DNA of 64,000 nt from Candidatus Delongbacteria bacterium (GCA_963663545.1 OY760505.1:128001-192000); one strand, 5' to 3'; shown: positions 9,726-19,578, numbered from the stretch's first letter. Notes: generated from the sequence alone by a model not told the origin. Program-made: numbers and translations.

Positions 9726-10727
9726 CTAAGGCTGGCGATACTGGATCTGGTAGAATAAATCCCATTGGCCCTCGTGGAATTCGCTCCAGACGAGGTATAA
9801 ATCGTTCGCTGTTTCAAAAACGCATGGGGTTCGTTGCGGAACTGCTGCTTCTGCAAAATACGGCATCACTTCACCGAAATCGGCGTCAGCGGCAAACAGG
9901 ACCGATGCAAGTTGTTCGTAACGACCAGGAAGGATCCAGTGATGAGAAAGATTGACGGGCCGCCCGTAAACCCCTCGATCTGCCGCCAAGAGACGCTGAT
10001 CCTGGCCACTACTCGGATCCATGAGATGGAGGGCGCCATCACCGGCACGGTACACGAGGGTTCCATCGGCCATGGGTAAAGGCGCTGTTTCGTCTTCTCC
10101 TGCCGTAATCTGACGAAGTTCATCGCTGCGCAGGCTGTAGAAAAAGATAGCGCTACGGCGCTCTTCGTCTTCGATTTGCAAGCGCTCGTCGACACGATCG
10201 GATACGAAGTAAATGCCTTCGCCATCGGGCGAGAAGCGCGGAAACCAGTCGTCAGCACCATGCTGGGCGACAATGCGACGTTCCTTGCCCTCGGGAGACA
10301 TCAGCAAAATGTCGCGGGGCGGGGCCTGCATTGCCGTCGCCGGGGCGACGGTGCATAGCACACGGCGACCATCGGGCGAAAAGCTCGGATCCTCTTCGTT
10401 CTCTGGAGAATCTGTGATACGCGTCATCGTACCGCTTGCCAGGTGAATGCGATACAGCTCCCAGTTGCCGTCGCCGTTACTCTGGTAAACAATGTCACTG
10501 CTGCCGGGAATTCCCATGGGTGCGAGCTGATCTGAGCTTGAAAAAGTCAGCTGTTGCACTTGCAGGTTCTGCTGGGTTTGAAGCCATGGGCTCAGCGCCG
10601 AGACCGTTTCCTGTTGGTCGGTGGTCTTTGTACCACTGCGGCCGCCGGAGCAGGCTTGCAATAGTACCAACGCACCAAGCGGAAGCGCACAGGTAATGCG
10701 TCTTGTGAATCTGGACATCTTCTCCAT
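9726..10727 (-). CDS. TolB-like (PD40 repeat) beta-propeller lipoprotein
   Basis: Lipobox LQAC; PSFSPDG and PRFSPDG repeats; start codon uncertain. Confidence 0.85.
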   Translation of the reverse strand: MEKMSRFTRRITCALPLGALVLLQACSGGRSGTKTTDQQETVSALSPWLQTQQNLQVQQLTFSSSDQLAPMGIPGSSDIVYQSNGDGNWELYRIHLASGTMTRITDSPENEEDPSFSPDGRRVLCTVAPATAMQAPPRDILLMSPEGKERRIVAQHGADDWFPRFSPDGEGIYFVSDRVDERLQIEDEERRSAIFFYSLRSDELRQITAGEDETAPLPMADGTLVYRAGDGALHLMDPSSGQDQRLLAADRGVYGRPVNLSHHWILPGRYEQLASVLFAADADFGEVMPYFAEAAVPQRTPCVFETANDLYLVWSEFHEGQWDLFYQIQYRQP

Positions 10728-10733
10728 CCGCAA

Positions 10734-11873
10734 TTAGAATGTCTGGCGCAGCGCCGTCTGGAACTGACGAATAATCAGCAGTGCCTCAGCCCCACTGACG
10801 GTATCGGTTAGCCCAAAGCGTCCAGTCCGCAAATCGGCTTCCATAATGCCTCTGCTCGTACACACGGCTACGGCATTGTAGGCGGGATGACTGGAAGGAA
10901 CATCGGGGAACATGCTTTGCTCGCCGAAATGCTTGCTTGTCAGTCCGGGGTCATTGCTGATAATCGCCAGCAGATTGGTGATCAGCATGGCGTAGGAGGC
11001 GCGTGTCACTTTCTCTTCTGGAGCGAAGCCACCATCGGGCATCAATTCCATGCCGCCAGCCAGCACAACATCACGAATCCAACTTGCAGCCCAGTGTTGG
11101 TCAACGTCATTGGGCATACGAGTCGAGGTGGCGCTAGCACCAGCGCTGCCAGGAGCCTGAAAACCGCCATAGCCCTGCGCGGGTTTATGCTGTTCAAGGA
11201 TCTCGGGCAGTTTTAGCTCTTCTACCAGTAGCACGGCCAAATCGGCGCGATCAATCGCCGGCTCCAGGGCAATCTTGCTGCTGACGCGAGTACCAGGACG
11301 CGCGCGGAGAATTGTGCTGCACAGCGCCATACGCTCGTCGGCTTTGCCCGCAAGATCACCGCGGAACGCGATCACCTTGGCGAATTCAGCATTGGCCTCG
11401 GCGAAGTCCAGGTGCGCGAGCATGGCCTCGGCACGATAGAAGCTGATTTCCTCGCTGTTTGCGCCACTTTGTCCCGCTGCGCGATCAAAGTCCTTCAGGG
11501 CACGCTCGAACCACTCAGCGTCCTTTTGCACAAGGGTTTCCACGCGCCCGAGATAAGTATAGGCCTGCCAGCGGTTGTCGGCAACGTCAACGGCTTTGTG
11601 TGCTGCGCGCAGGCCCTCTTCTCCATTGCCCTGAGAAGCAAACCACAATCCCTTGACGGACCAGGCGAGGAAGTAGTTGCCTTCCATATTCAATGCGCGG
11701 TCCAGTTCGCGTCCAGCGTCTTCCCACATGCCGCGATCCATCAAACGCAGCGCTTGATCCACGTGTGTCTGCGGTGTGTCCAGCACGGACTCCTGCTTGA
11801 TCATCTGCTTGCCGCAGCTCACCAGGAGGATCAGCGACAACAGCCAGAGACTCAGGCCTTTGCGGGTCTTCAT
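10734..11873 (-). CDS. TPR + S-layer homology (SLH) domain lipoprotein
   Basis: Lipobox LVSC; TPR-like helices; SLH motifs PNDVDQHWA...VTRA and FPDVPSSHPAY. Confidence 0.8.
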   Translation of the reverse strand: MKTRKGLSLWLLSLILLVSCGKQMIKQESVLDTPQTHVDQALRLMDRGMWEDAGRELDRALNMEGNYFLAWSVKGLWFASQGNGEEGLRAAHKAVDVADNRWQAYTYLGRVETLVQKDAEWFERALKDFDRAAGQSGANSEEISFYRAEAMLAHLDFAEANAEFAKVIAFRGDLAGKADERMALCSTILRARPGTRVSSKIALEPAIDRADLAVLLVEELKLPEILEQHKPAQGYGGFQAPGSAGASATSTRMPNDVDQHWAASWIRDVVLAGGMELMPDGGFAPEEKVTRASYAMLITNLLAIISNDPGLTSKHFGEQSMFPDVPSSHPAYNAVAVCTSRGIMEADLRTGRFGLTDTVSGAEALLIIRQFQTALRQTF

Positions 11874-11887
11874 TTTTCCTCCTTGAG

Positions 11888-12709
11888 TTACTCGAGCACG
11901 AACAACACCCTGCACTCGCGCAGGAAGGTCAGATTTTCGCTCAACGCGTGCAGGATCTTGCCCTGCTCGTCATCCACGACAACATCGGATCCATTGGTGC
12001 CCTGCGCCTTCTTCGCCTTGACTACAAGTGGGCGCTCGCCAATGCGATCCTGCTGGCCGCGCGCCTGTTCCAGGTCACGCACGTAGCCAACCATGCCATA
12101 TTGCATGGCCCAGTCACGATCTACCCAAGTGTTCCCGTAGATCTCGCTGCCCGATTCGCTCAGGATACGCGGTGCAAGGGCGGGGTGCACACTGAGCCCG
12201 CGACAATCAACAATCAGCCCGGTGTATTTGGCCGTGCTTGGTTCCAGATCGCTGTACTGTACGGGCATGACAGCGCCCTCGGCAAAGGCCATCTCGCCAA
12301 TCAACACATCGTTGAACTGGGGACCCAGGATCATCTCGACATTCAGCTCAATGGAACCATCGCTCATGTAAACGGGCTCGCCCACATCGCGGAAATTGCT
12401 GCAGACACCGCGAATCTCAGTTGTAATGCGGTCGTTGCTGAGCATGAAATTCTCGACGGTCGTCTCGGAGGTCAGAATCATGCCTTCAACCGTTTCAATG
12501 ATTTGCCGCAGTGCGTCCGCCCGGGCTGCGCGAATCTGACCGGCACGACCTCCTACCGGACTGGGCATGGCGATGCCCTTGGTTCGCACCACACGCTGTT
12601 CCCAGTCGATGCTGCCCACTCCTGTGTTCTGCACAATCTGGGCGGTCGCCGCCAAAACCAACAGGCCAAAGGCCAACGGGGCAATGGCGCGTCGCAAGAT
12701 CGACCTCAT
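11888..12709 (-). CDS. Exported protein, LPP20-like family
   Basis: Signal peptide; IDW...RAARADALRQI; YTGLIVDCRGL..PALAPRI. Confidence 0.7.
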   Translation of the reverse strand: MRSILRRAIAPLAFGLLVLAATAQIVQNTGVGSIDWEQRVVRTKGIAMPSPVGGRAGQIRAARADALRQIIETVEGMILTSETTVENFMLSNDRITTEIRGVCSNFRDVGEPVYMSDGSIELNVEMILGPQFNDVLIGEMAFAEGAVMPVQYSDLEPSTAKYTGLIVDCRGLSVHPALAPRILSESGSEIYGNTWVDRDWAMQYGMVGYVRDLEQARGQQDRIGERPLVVKAKKAQGTNGSDVVVDDEQGKILHALSENLTFLRECRVLFVLE

Positions 12710-13647
12710 GGTTTCCCTCCTTGATGCCCGTCACCGGCCGGGGTAGCTGGTGTTTTGCTTCGGGCGCTATTCCTGGCCTGGTTCCATTGAATCCAGGGAT
12801 CCTGTTCTTGGTTGTCGGCAGCACTGAAAGCACCCGCTGCGGTTACCCGCCCTTGAGCGTCCAGTACTACCTGCTGCATGGCGCCCACAATGACAAGCCA
12901 ATCTTCCAGACTGACCTGGTGCGGTCCCGCGACCGGAACCGGTCCGGCCACGGTGTGTGGTGCCTGAGCGTTTGCCGGCGATTGCAAGCGTGATCCCAAC
13001 TCCTCAGCGCGCACGGGTTGCCCGGTCTTCAACGCCTCCGGACTTGCCGCCAACTGAACCTCGCCGTGATACACGCGAACCAAAGCTCCCGTGCGCTGAT
13101 CCTGTCGAATGCGCAAGCCCGTACCTGTGATCGCCGCGCCCACAAGACCGCTACTGATTTCGAACTGATCTGCCTCTTCCAGGCCATTCAATTCGGCCCA
13201 GATCTCGCCCTCTTCAATGAAGATATCGCTGGTGTGTCCCGTTTGCGTATCCGCGCGGTCTGCGTGCAAATCGGCCTGTTCCTCTTGCAGCTTGCGCAGG
13301 TCCAGCGTTGTTAGGGGGGCCAGCCGAATAAGGTTGTCATCGCCCAGGTCAATCTCGGCGCGACTGCGCTCGACTGTGCGAACGCGATCGCCGCCATTTA
13401 CACGCGAATGCAGATCCGCATTCCTCCAATCGGCATCGGCAGGAGGCATGCGCAAGAGCCGCCCGTCCAGATAGCTGACCTCGCCGCCACCTGACTCAGG
13501 TTGTGCAGCCAGACTATCGGCATCCTGCGGGTTCCGTGACGGCTCCTGTTCCATGCCGCGTACATGATCGAAAACCTGCGCGCACGCCAATGCTGCCAGC
13601 ACGCATGGACCGGCGAGTACTGCACTTGCACGGGTGAATCTGCTCAT
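12706..13647 (-). CDS. FecR-domain exported protein
   Basis: GDRVRTVERSRAEI, AAITGT, VRVYHGEV. Confidence 0.8.
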   Translation of the reverse strand: MSRFTRASAVLAGPCVLAALACAQVFDHVRGMEQEPSRNPQDADSLAAQPESGGGEVSYLDGRLLRMPPADADWRNADLHSRVNGGDRVRTVERSRAEIDLGDDNLIRLAPLTTLDLRKLQEEQADLHADRADTQTGHTSDIFIEEGEIWAELNGLEEADQFEISSGLVGAAITGTGLRIRQDQRTGALVRVYHGEVQLAASPEALKTGQPVRAEELGSRLQSPANAQAPHTVAGPVPVAGPHQVSLEDWLVIVGAMQQVVLDAQGRVTAAGAFSAADNQEQDPWIQWNQARNSARSKTPATPAGDGHQGGKP

Positions 13648-13730
13648 GGAAGGATATCCAACTGTACTGACTTGCTCATGGGACGAAACTCAGAGTAACG
13701 AATCGTCGCTCTGCGATCAAGCATCCCGTA

Positions 13731-14387
13731 CTACTTGCCTGTAGCACGAAGAATTTCAAAGCCATTTGCGAGTGGATTGTGTTTGAACAGCCAGGAGCCA
13801 GAAACCAGTACATCGGCTCCCGCAGTCACACACTCGGCACCATGTACTTCATCAATACCACCATCCACCTGAATTAGAGCCTCGCAACCAGCCTCCTGCA
13901 ACAGGGCGCGCGTCTGACGAATCTTGTGCAGCATGGCCGGTAGAAAGCGCTGACCGCCGAATCCCGGGTTGACGGTCATCAGAAGCACCATGTCCAGTTT
14001 GCTCGCCAGATAGCGCAGCGGAGCTGGATCGGTGGCCGGATTCAATGCAATGGCCGCACGCTTACCCGCATCACGGATCAGTCCAAGCAACCGGTCCGGG
14101 TGGTGGCTGGCTTCCAGATGAAAGGAGACGAGATCGGCGCCCGCGTCCAGAAAGGGCTGCACGAAGTCCTCGGGACGACTCACCATCAAGTGACAATCCA
14201 ACATCAGCGGGGTGTTTGCACGTAGCGCGCGTACCAGGCCGGGCCCATAACTCAGGTTGGGTACAAAGTGACCGTCCATGATGTCCAGATGCAACATGTC
14301 CGCGTCTGCGGCTTCGCAGGCGGCCAGTTGTTCACCCAGACGAAAGAGATCGGCAGACAGGAAGGAAGGGGCGATCATGGGCCTCAT
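13731..14387 (-). CDS. rpe: Ribulose-phosphate 3-epimerase
   Basis: IAPS, HLDIMDGHFVPN, MTVNPGFGGQ, VDGGI. Confidence 0.97.
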   Translation of the reverse strand: MRPMIAPSFLSADLFRLGEQLAACEAADADMLHLDIMDGHFVPNLSYGPGLVRALRANTPLMLDCHLMVSRPEDFVQPFLDAGADLVSFHLEASHHPDRLLGLIRDAGKRAAIALNPATDPAPLRYLASKLDMVLLMTVNPGFGGQRFLPAMLHKIRQTRALLQEAGCEALIQVDGGIDEVHGAECVTAGADVLVSGSWLFKHNPLANGFEILRATGK

Positions 14388-15136
14388 GGTTTTTCTCCCT
14401 TCACCCAAAGCTCAAGTTCACTACCGGGAGCTACGTGGCTCCCCGCGACGGGCTCTTGGCGTCGAATGCCGGCTTCGGCTTTTGCATCCAGTATGAGATG
14501 GGTTTTGCCAACGCGCAGCCCGTGTCGCGCCAGCAGATCTCTCGCCTGGGCGAGGCTCTTGCCGAGCAAGCCCGGCACCGGAACACTTGTCGGCTCAGGT
14601 CCAAGACTGAGGGTCACGCCAAGACGCTCCCCCGCCAGCAGCGAATCTCCGGCGGAAGGATTGTGCGCCAGAACGATGCCTGCTACCTGCAGCGAATCAT
14701 AGCGGAAGTGGATACGCGTGCTGTCGACGCCCAGCCCCAGATCCGCCAGGCTACTGGCAAAGCGCCGCTCGGTTGTGCCGCGCAAGTCGGGCAGGATGAT
14801 ATAGCGGCCACCGGCACACACCGTCAAGTAGACGCGTCGTCCCTCCTTGGTGGCACCACCCGCGCGCGGAAACTGCTCCATAACCTGGCCGTTGTGATAC
14901 ACGCCTGTTGGATCGGGCTTCTCGCGTTCAACGAGAGCGTGAAAACCAGCTCGGCGAAGGGTGAGTTGGGCCGCGGCAAGATCCTGCCCCACCACATCGG
15001 GTGTGACACATTCATGGCCGTGTCGCGTGTAAAGCGGCATGAGGATGTTGTCGACGCCCAGCAGAATCAGTACTCCGCCCAGGCTCAGAAGACCGATTGC
15101 AGCAATCAGTCGCAGTGTCCTTTTCCAGGCCGCCAC
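14384..15136 (-). CDS. PASTA-domain membrane protein (three PASTA repeats)
   Basis: N-terminal TM helix; TPDVVG, LPDLRG, VPGLLG repeats; GGAGAG RBS before GTG. Confidence 0.88.
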   Translation of the reverse strand: MAAWKRTLRLIAAIGLLSLGGVLILLGVDNILMPLYTRHGHECVTPDVVGQDLAAAQLTLRRAGFHALVEREKPDPTGVYHNGQVMEQFPRAGGATKEGRRVYLTVCAGGRYIILPDLRGTTERRFASSLADLGLGVDSTRIHFRYDSLQVAGIVLAHNPSAGDSLLAGERLGVTLSLGPEPTSVPVPGLLGKSLAQARDLLARHGLRVGKTHLILDAKAEAGIRRQEPVAGSHVAPGSELELWVKGEKP

Positions 15137-15137
15137 G

Positions 15138-16427
15138 CTATTTGCTCTCCCTTCGAGCGAGGGCCACTGCCCAGGCACCGCCCGCACCCAGTTGTAATTG
15201 CCAGGGAATCCAGGTCCATGCCGCGTCTCCATCGCGAAACTCAGCGGGAACCGCGTCCTGGACAATGTACCAATCGGAATGAGTATTCAGGAAGGCGTGA
15301 ATCTGCTCGCGGTTCTCGCGCGGATCCAGGCTGCATGTGCTGTAAACAAGGCGTCCGCCGGGACACACCAGATCGGCGGCGTGATGCAGTAGCTCCGCTT
15401 GCTGGGCCAGCACGCTCTTCGTCACCGGATCTGTATCACGCAAAAGCATGTCTGGACGATGGATGGCGCTGCCCGAGCCCGAACAGGGAGCATCCAACAG
15501 CACGCACTGCCAGCTGCCTTCCACCTTGCGGCCATCGGCATGAATCACGCGCTTGCCCGCAAGTCGACGCTCAAGCTCGCGTGCGCGCCCCTTGTCGGCT
15601 TCCACCAGCGTAAGTTCCGCTGTGGGCAGTTGGTCCGCAATGGCCAACGCTTTGCCGCCGGGAGCAGCGCAGAGGTCCAGGAGGGTCTGCGCTCCGCTGG
15701 CAACCGCAAGTTGTACCGCGCCCGATGTGCTCAAATCCTGCACGTGGCAGCGACCGTCGCGCAAAGGGGCAAAGGCCTCCATGCCTCCGGTGGGCAACTG
15801 GGAAAGCGCGAACCAGGCGCCCTGCTGTACTGCCTGCACGTCCAGAGCGGCAAGCTCAGCCAGAAGCTGCTCCTCCGTCCAGCGCGTCGTTTCGCGACGC
15901 ATCCAGAGGCGGCGCTGCCCGCGCCAGCGGCCTAGTGCGTCTACGATTTCCTCAAGAGTACCAACCCCGTGGGCATGCATCAGCTTTTGCATCCAAAGGG
16001 GAAGGCCGTGTACAACACGAAGGTAGTCGGCGTCGGTCGAAAACTCAGTGCGCAAAGGCTCCACCGGCTTACGCAGGTAGCTACGAAGCACGCCGTTGAC
16101 CAGGCCGCGCTCGCGCGCGTCACACTCAGCTAGCGCCGCCAGTAGAGTGTCGACGACTGCGTGGGGCGCATGCCCGCAGCGCAGGCGGTAGAAGCCCAGA
16201 CGCAAAGCCTGCTTGAGCAAGCTGCGGGGCCGATGGCGCACGAAGCGATCCATGACCCAGTCCAGCAGGCGCCGTTCTTCCACGACTCCGCGCAACAGGG
16301 CGGTTGCCTCGGGGCGTCGTGAGGCAGCGAGCCCGGCCAGCAGGCCGGGCTGCACTTTTTCCAACCAGGCACCGGCGTCAATGCGCGCCAGTGCGGTCAG
16401 TACTTTTCGTTGGTCTTCAGGACTCAC
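15138..16427 (-). CDS. rsmB: 16S rRNA m5C967 methyltransferase RsmB/Sun family
   Basis: NusB-like N-terminus; DLCAAPGGK, LDAPCSG, YSTCS. Confidence 0.88.
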   Translation of the reverse strand: MSPEDQRKVLTALARIDAGAWLEKVQPGLLAGLAASRRPEATALLRGVVEERRLLDWVMDRFVRHRPRSLLKQALRLGFYRLRCGHAPHAVVDTLLAALAECDARERGLVNGVLRSYLRKPVEPLRTEFSTDADYLRVVHGLPLWMQKLMHAHGVGTLEEIVDALGRWRGQRRLWMRRETTRWTEEQLLAELAALDVQAVQQGAWFALSQLPTGGMEAFAPLRDGRCHVQDLSTSGAVQLAVASGAQTLLDLCAAPGGKALAIADQLPTAELTLVEADKGRARELERRLAGKRVIHADGRKVEGSWQCVLLDAPCSGSGSAIHRPDMLLRDTDPVTKSVLAQQAELLHHAADLVCPGGRLVYSTCSLDPRENREQIHAFLNTHSDWYIVQDAVPAEFRDGDAAWTWIPWQLQLGAGGAWAVALARRESK

Positions 16428-17265
16428 ATTCTGCTTCCGTGCAAATCCAGTCCGCCTCGACGCGCACCTGATCATGGCGCGGGTCGAAGCAGTCCAGGAT
16501 GGACTGTACGCGTGCTTCCTCGCAAGCGTTGAGCTCTTCTTCCACCAGCTTGATTTCGTATTCCTTCTCGAAGCCGCGGGTGAGGGCTTCGGCCAAGGTG
16601 CGAAAGTCCGGCAGCGGATCCATGGCTTCGCGCAACCAGGAGGTGGATTCCTCCAGCTTGTGGCGTGCCTTGTCCTGCATGGCGGCATCGTCAAAGAAGA
16701 GCTCGCTGATTAGATGGTGGTCGCGATCCAGAATCAGGCTACCGTGCTGCATGATGCCGCAGCGCATCTGTCGTTGCGCACTGCCGATCAGCTTGCGACC
16801 GTCATATAGCACCTCGCTCTGAGCCGTAGCGGCGAAACAGATGCCACCCAGCTCCTTGCGATAGGCGGCTGCCAGGTCGATCTTGCGACTTTCCAGCTCA
16901 ACAGGAACACCAAGCTCCGTCAAGCCATTGACCAGCGCGCGGTTGATGCGATTGTAGGCTTCGGGCAGGCTGCGCGTGTACAGCGGCGAGGCCACCGGAA
17001 TGGAAACGCAGTAGGTCAGCTCGCGCGCATGTAACACGGCACGGCCTCCGGTTTCGCGTCGAACCACCTTGATGCCACGCTCCTTGCAGCGGCGCGCCAA
17101 TTCCTCGTCGAAGCGCTGATTGTGTCCCAGCGTCATCGCTGGAGGCTGCCAGGAGTAAAAGCGAACGCTGATAGGCAGACCTGTGGTGCGCACTAGCATA
17201 GCGTCGACGGCCATGTTCCAGCTACCGTCACGCTCGGGGTGCATAAGAACTCGTCCCTGGGTCAT
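16417..17265 (-). CDS. Lipoate-protein ligase A / LipM-like octanoyltransferase
   Basis: NMAVD, RRETGGRAVLH, KLIGSAQ, QHGS. Confidence 0.92.
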   Translation of the reverse strand: MTQGRVLMHPERDGSWNMAVDAMLVRTTGLPISVRFYSWQPPAMTLGHNQRFDEELARRCKERGIKVVRRETGGRAVLHARELTYCVSIPVASPLYTRSLPEAYNRINRALVNGLTELGVPVELESRKIDLAAAYRKELGGICFAATAQSEVLYDGRKLIGSAQRQMRCGIMQHGSLILDRDHHLISELFFDDAAMQDKARHKLEESTSWLREAMDPLPDFRTLAEALTRGFEKEYEIKLVEEELNACEEARVQSILDCFDPRHDQVRVEADWICTEAECES

Positions 17266-17407
17266 AGTGATTTTTCCCCGGCTCCGACATCTCGAGCGAC
17301 TCGCTCGGGGTGCATAAGAACTCGTCCCTGGGTCATAGTGATTCTTCCCCGGCTCCGACATCTCGAGCGACTCGCTCGGGGTGCATAAGAACTCGTCCCT
17401 GGGTCAT
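17231..17407. repeat. Array of three identical 35-bp repeats separated by two 36-bp spacers (period 71 bp)
   Basis: Repeats at 17231-17265, 17302-17336 and 17373-17407 equal the first 35 bp of the ligase gene; the spacers differ at one base. Confidence 0.95.
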
Positions 17408-18186
17408 CCGCGAATGATACCCCGTTCTGACGCAGTAATGAAGGCATGGATCAGGCGTGCGTCCTCGTCCATCTCCACCAGCCCGGCCAATTCGGCCAGT
17501 GCCAGGCTGACATTCTGGCTGTTCTTGCCGAAGAACAGCCGGTACATACGCTTGATACGGCGCTGACGTTCCGCGTCGAATCCCCGCCGCGCCAAGCCGA
17601 CGGAATTGAGCCCGCAGTAGCGCAAGGGATTATCGTTGGCCATGATGTAGGGGGGCACATCCTTGCCGACTGCGGTAGCGCCGCCGATGAAGGCATGACT
17701 GCCGATGCGCACGAATTGATGCGCGACACTGGTGCCACCCATGATCACGTTGTCGCCCACTTTGACATGGCCTGCGAGCTGCACGCCGTTAGAGAAAATG
17801 CAGCCGTCGCCGATCTGGCAATCGTGGGCAACGTGTACGTAGGCCATCAAGAGGCAGCCAGCGCCGACTCGTGTCACAAGCGCTTCTTCCGTAGCACGGG
17901 CAAGGGTCACATACTCGCGTATCACGGTGCGCGCGCCTACTTCCAGGCTGGTCTCTTCGCCGTGATACTTCAGATCCTGTGGAAGACAACCGACGGAAGC
18001 GGCGTGATACACCTGCACTTCAGCACCAAGGCGTGATCCCCAGCAGATCTGCGCCTGCGGTCCGATGCGGCAGCCGTCGCCCAGCACCACGTTGTCTTCG
18101 ATGACCGCGTAGGGACCGATTTGCACATCCTTGCCCAGCTGCGCCCCGGGATCAATGACCGCACTGGGGTGGATCAGCGGATTCAT
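17404..18186 (-). CDS. lpxA: UDP-N-acetylglucosamine O-acyltransferase
   Basis: Hexapeptide repeats; PQDLKY, HVAHDC, HQF, GLNSVGL. Confidence 0.97.
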   Translation of the reverse strand: MNPLIHPSAVIDPGAQLGKDVQIGPYAVIEDNVVLGDGCRIGPQAQICWGSRLGAEVQVYHAASVGCLPQDLKYHGEETSLEVGARTVIREYVTLARATEEALVTRVGAGCLLMAYVHVAHDCQIGDGCIFSNGVQLAGHVKVGDNVIMGGTSVAHQFVRIGSHAFIGGATAVGKDVPPYIMANDNPLRYCGLNSVGLARRGFDAERQRRIKRMYRLFFGKNSQNVSLALAELAGLVEMDEDARLIHAFITASERGIIRG

Positions 18187-19574
18187 TTGTCTACCACCGA
18201 AGCCATCATCTCGGCACTGCAGACCAGTTCGCCATCCACATAAGCCTTGCCTTCCATGGTGCAGATACCGCGTTTGTTGCGCAGCATGTTCAGCTCCATC
18301 ACGAGCTGGTCACCGGGTTTGACGGGCTTACGGAAGCGCACCTTGTCCAAGCCGACGAAGTAGACGACTTTTTCCTCAGGGTGATCCACGGAATTCAGCA
18401 GCAGGATGCCTCCCGTCTGGCCCATTGCCTCAACAATCAGCACACCCGGCATAATGGGATGTCCCGGAAAGTGCCCTGGAAAGAAGGGCTCATTCGTTGT
18501 GACACATTTGATGCCGCGCACAAATTCACCGGGCTTGAGCTCCGTGATACGATCGACCAGCAGAAAGGGATAACGGTGCGGCAGAATGCGCTCGATGGCC
18601 GCTGCGTCAAAGACAACACTGCCCGTGATACGCTGCTGATACTCCTTCTGCAGGCTCTGCTTGACCGCTTCCTGCTTGAGCATCTTGACCAGTGCCACAT
18701 GGCTGGTGTGTCCGCCGCGTGCCGCCAGGACGTGGGCTTTCAGCGGTTGTCCCAACAAGCAAAGGTCACCGGCCAGATCCAGCACCTTGTGTCTCACGGG
18801 CTCGTTGTAGAAGCGCTGCTGGACATTGTTGAGAATGCCGTTGGCTTCGACGACGATTTCCTGGTTGTGGTAGCCGAAGGCGTCCTTCAGTCGCTCGACC
18901 TCGTCGTTGTCCGACAGATCGGCGAAGATCAGCGCGCTGTCCAGGCCTCCGCCGCGAATCAGGTTGCGCTCTTTCATCGCCAACAATTCTGAGAGGAAGC
19001 AGAAGGTGCGCGCCGGAACGAACTCCTCCTCGAACTCCTCCCAGCCGTACATGGACGTGTACTGCGTGCCCAATGCTGGATTCTGGTAATCGACCATGTA
19101 GGTGACACGGAATTCCTCACTGGGAAAAACCACGATGTCCACGCCCGAATCGTCGTGATACACGATGGTGGAATCCAGCTCGAGGAAGTTGCGTTCGACG
19201 GGGAACTCCTGAATGCCAGCTTCCTTCAGCGCCTCAAAAAAGGGTAGGCTGCTGCCGTCCAGGATGGGGGGCTCCGGTCCAGTGAGCTCGATCAGACAAT
19301 TGTCGATGCCCAGTCCGGCCAGTGCGGCCAACAGATGCTCGACGGTGTGCACTTTCACTCCGTCAACGGCAATCACGGTACCGCGATCGGTGGAAATGAC
19401 ATTGGCCACATCCACAGGGATATCCAACGTTCTTCCCTCGACCTCGCGACGAAAGACCAGCCCCTCGCCCGGACCGGCCGGATTGAAGGTAGCGCGGCAG
19501 AGCTCGCCCGTATGCAGGCCGCTGCCTTCCACCGAAACCGCGCGCGCAACGCTGCGCTGCATCTTGTACATCAT
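18183..19574 (-). CDS. lpxC: Bifunctional LpxC deacetylase / FabZ dehydratase fusion
   Basis: GLHTG, TVEHLLAAL, HKVLDL (LpxC); LPHRYPFLLVD, FPGHFPGHPIMPGV (FabZ). Confidence 0.97.
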   Translation of the reverse strand: MMYKMQRSVARAVSVEGSGLHTGELCRATFNPAGPGEGLVFRREVEGRTLDIPVDVANVISTDRGTVIAVDGVKVHTVEHLLAALAGLGIDNCLIELTGPEPPILDGSSLPFFEALKEAGIQEFPVERNFLELDSTIVYHDDSGVDIVVFPSEEFRVTYMVDYQNPALGTQYTSMYGWEEFEEEFVPARTFCFLSELLAMKERNLIRGGGLDSALIFADLSDNDEVERLKDAFGYHNQEIVVEANGILNNVQQRFYNEPVRHKVLDLAGDLCLLGQPLKAHVLAARGGHTSHVALVKMLKQEAVKQSLQKEYQQRITGSVVFDAAAIERILPHRYPFLLVDRITELKPGEFVRGIKCVTTNEPFFPGHFPGHPIMPGVLIVEAMGQTGGILLLNSVDHPEEKVVYFVGLDKVRFRKPVKPGDQLVMELNMLRNKRGICTMEGKAYVDGELVCSAEMMASVVDK

Positions 19575-19578
19575 AAGC

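Noticed and set aside
17231-17407. Calling the array a functional CRISPR locus
   Set aside because: Spacers are near-identical, the repeat is coding sequence, and there is no leader or cas gene in the window; kept only as a possible ectopic integration
18183-19574. LpxC-FabZ fusion as a novelty
   Set aside because: Well known in Bacteroidota and related FCB lineages
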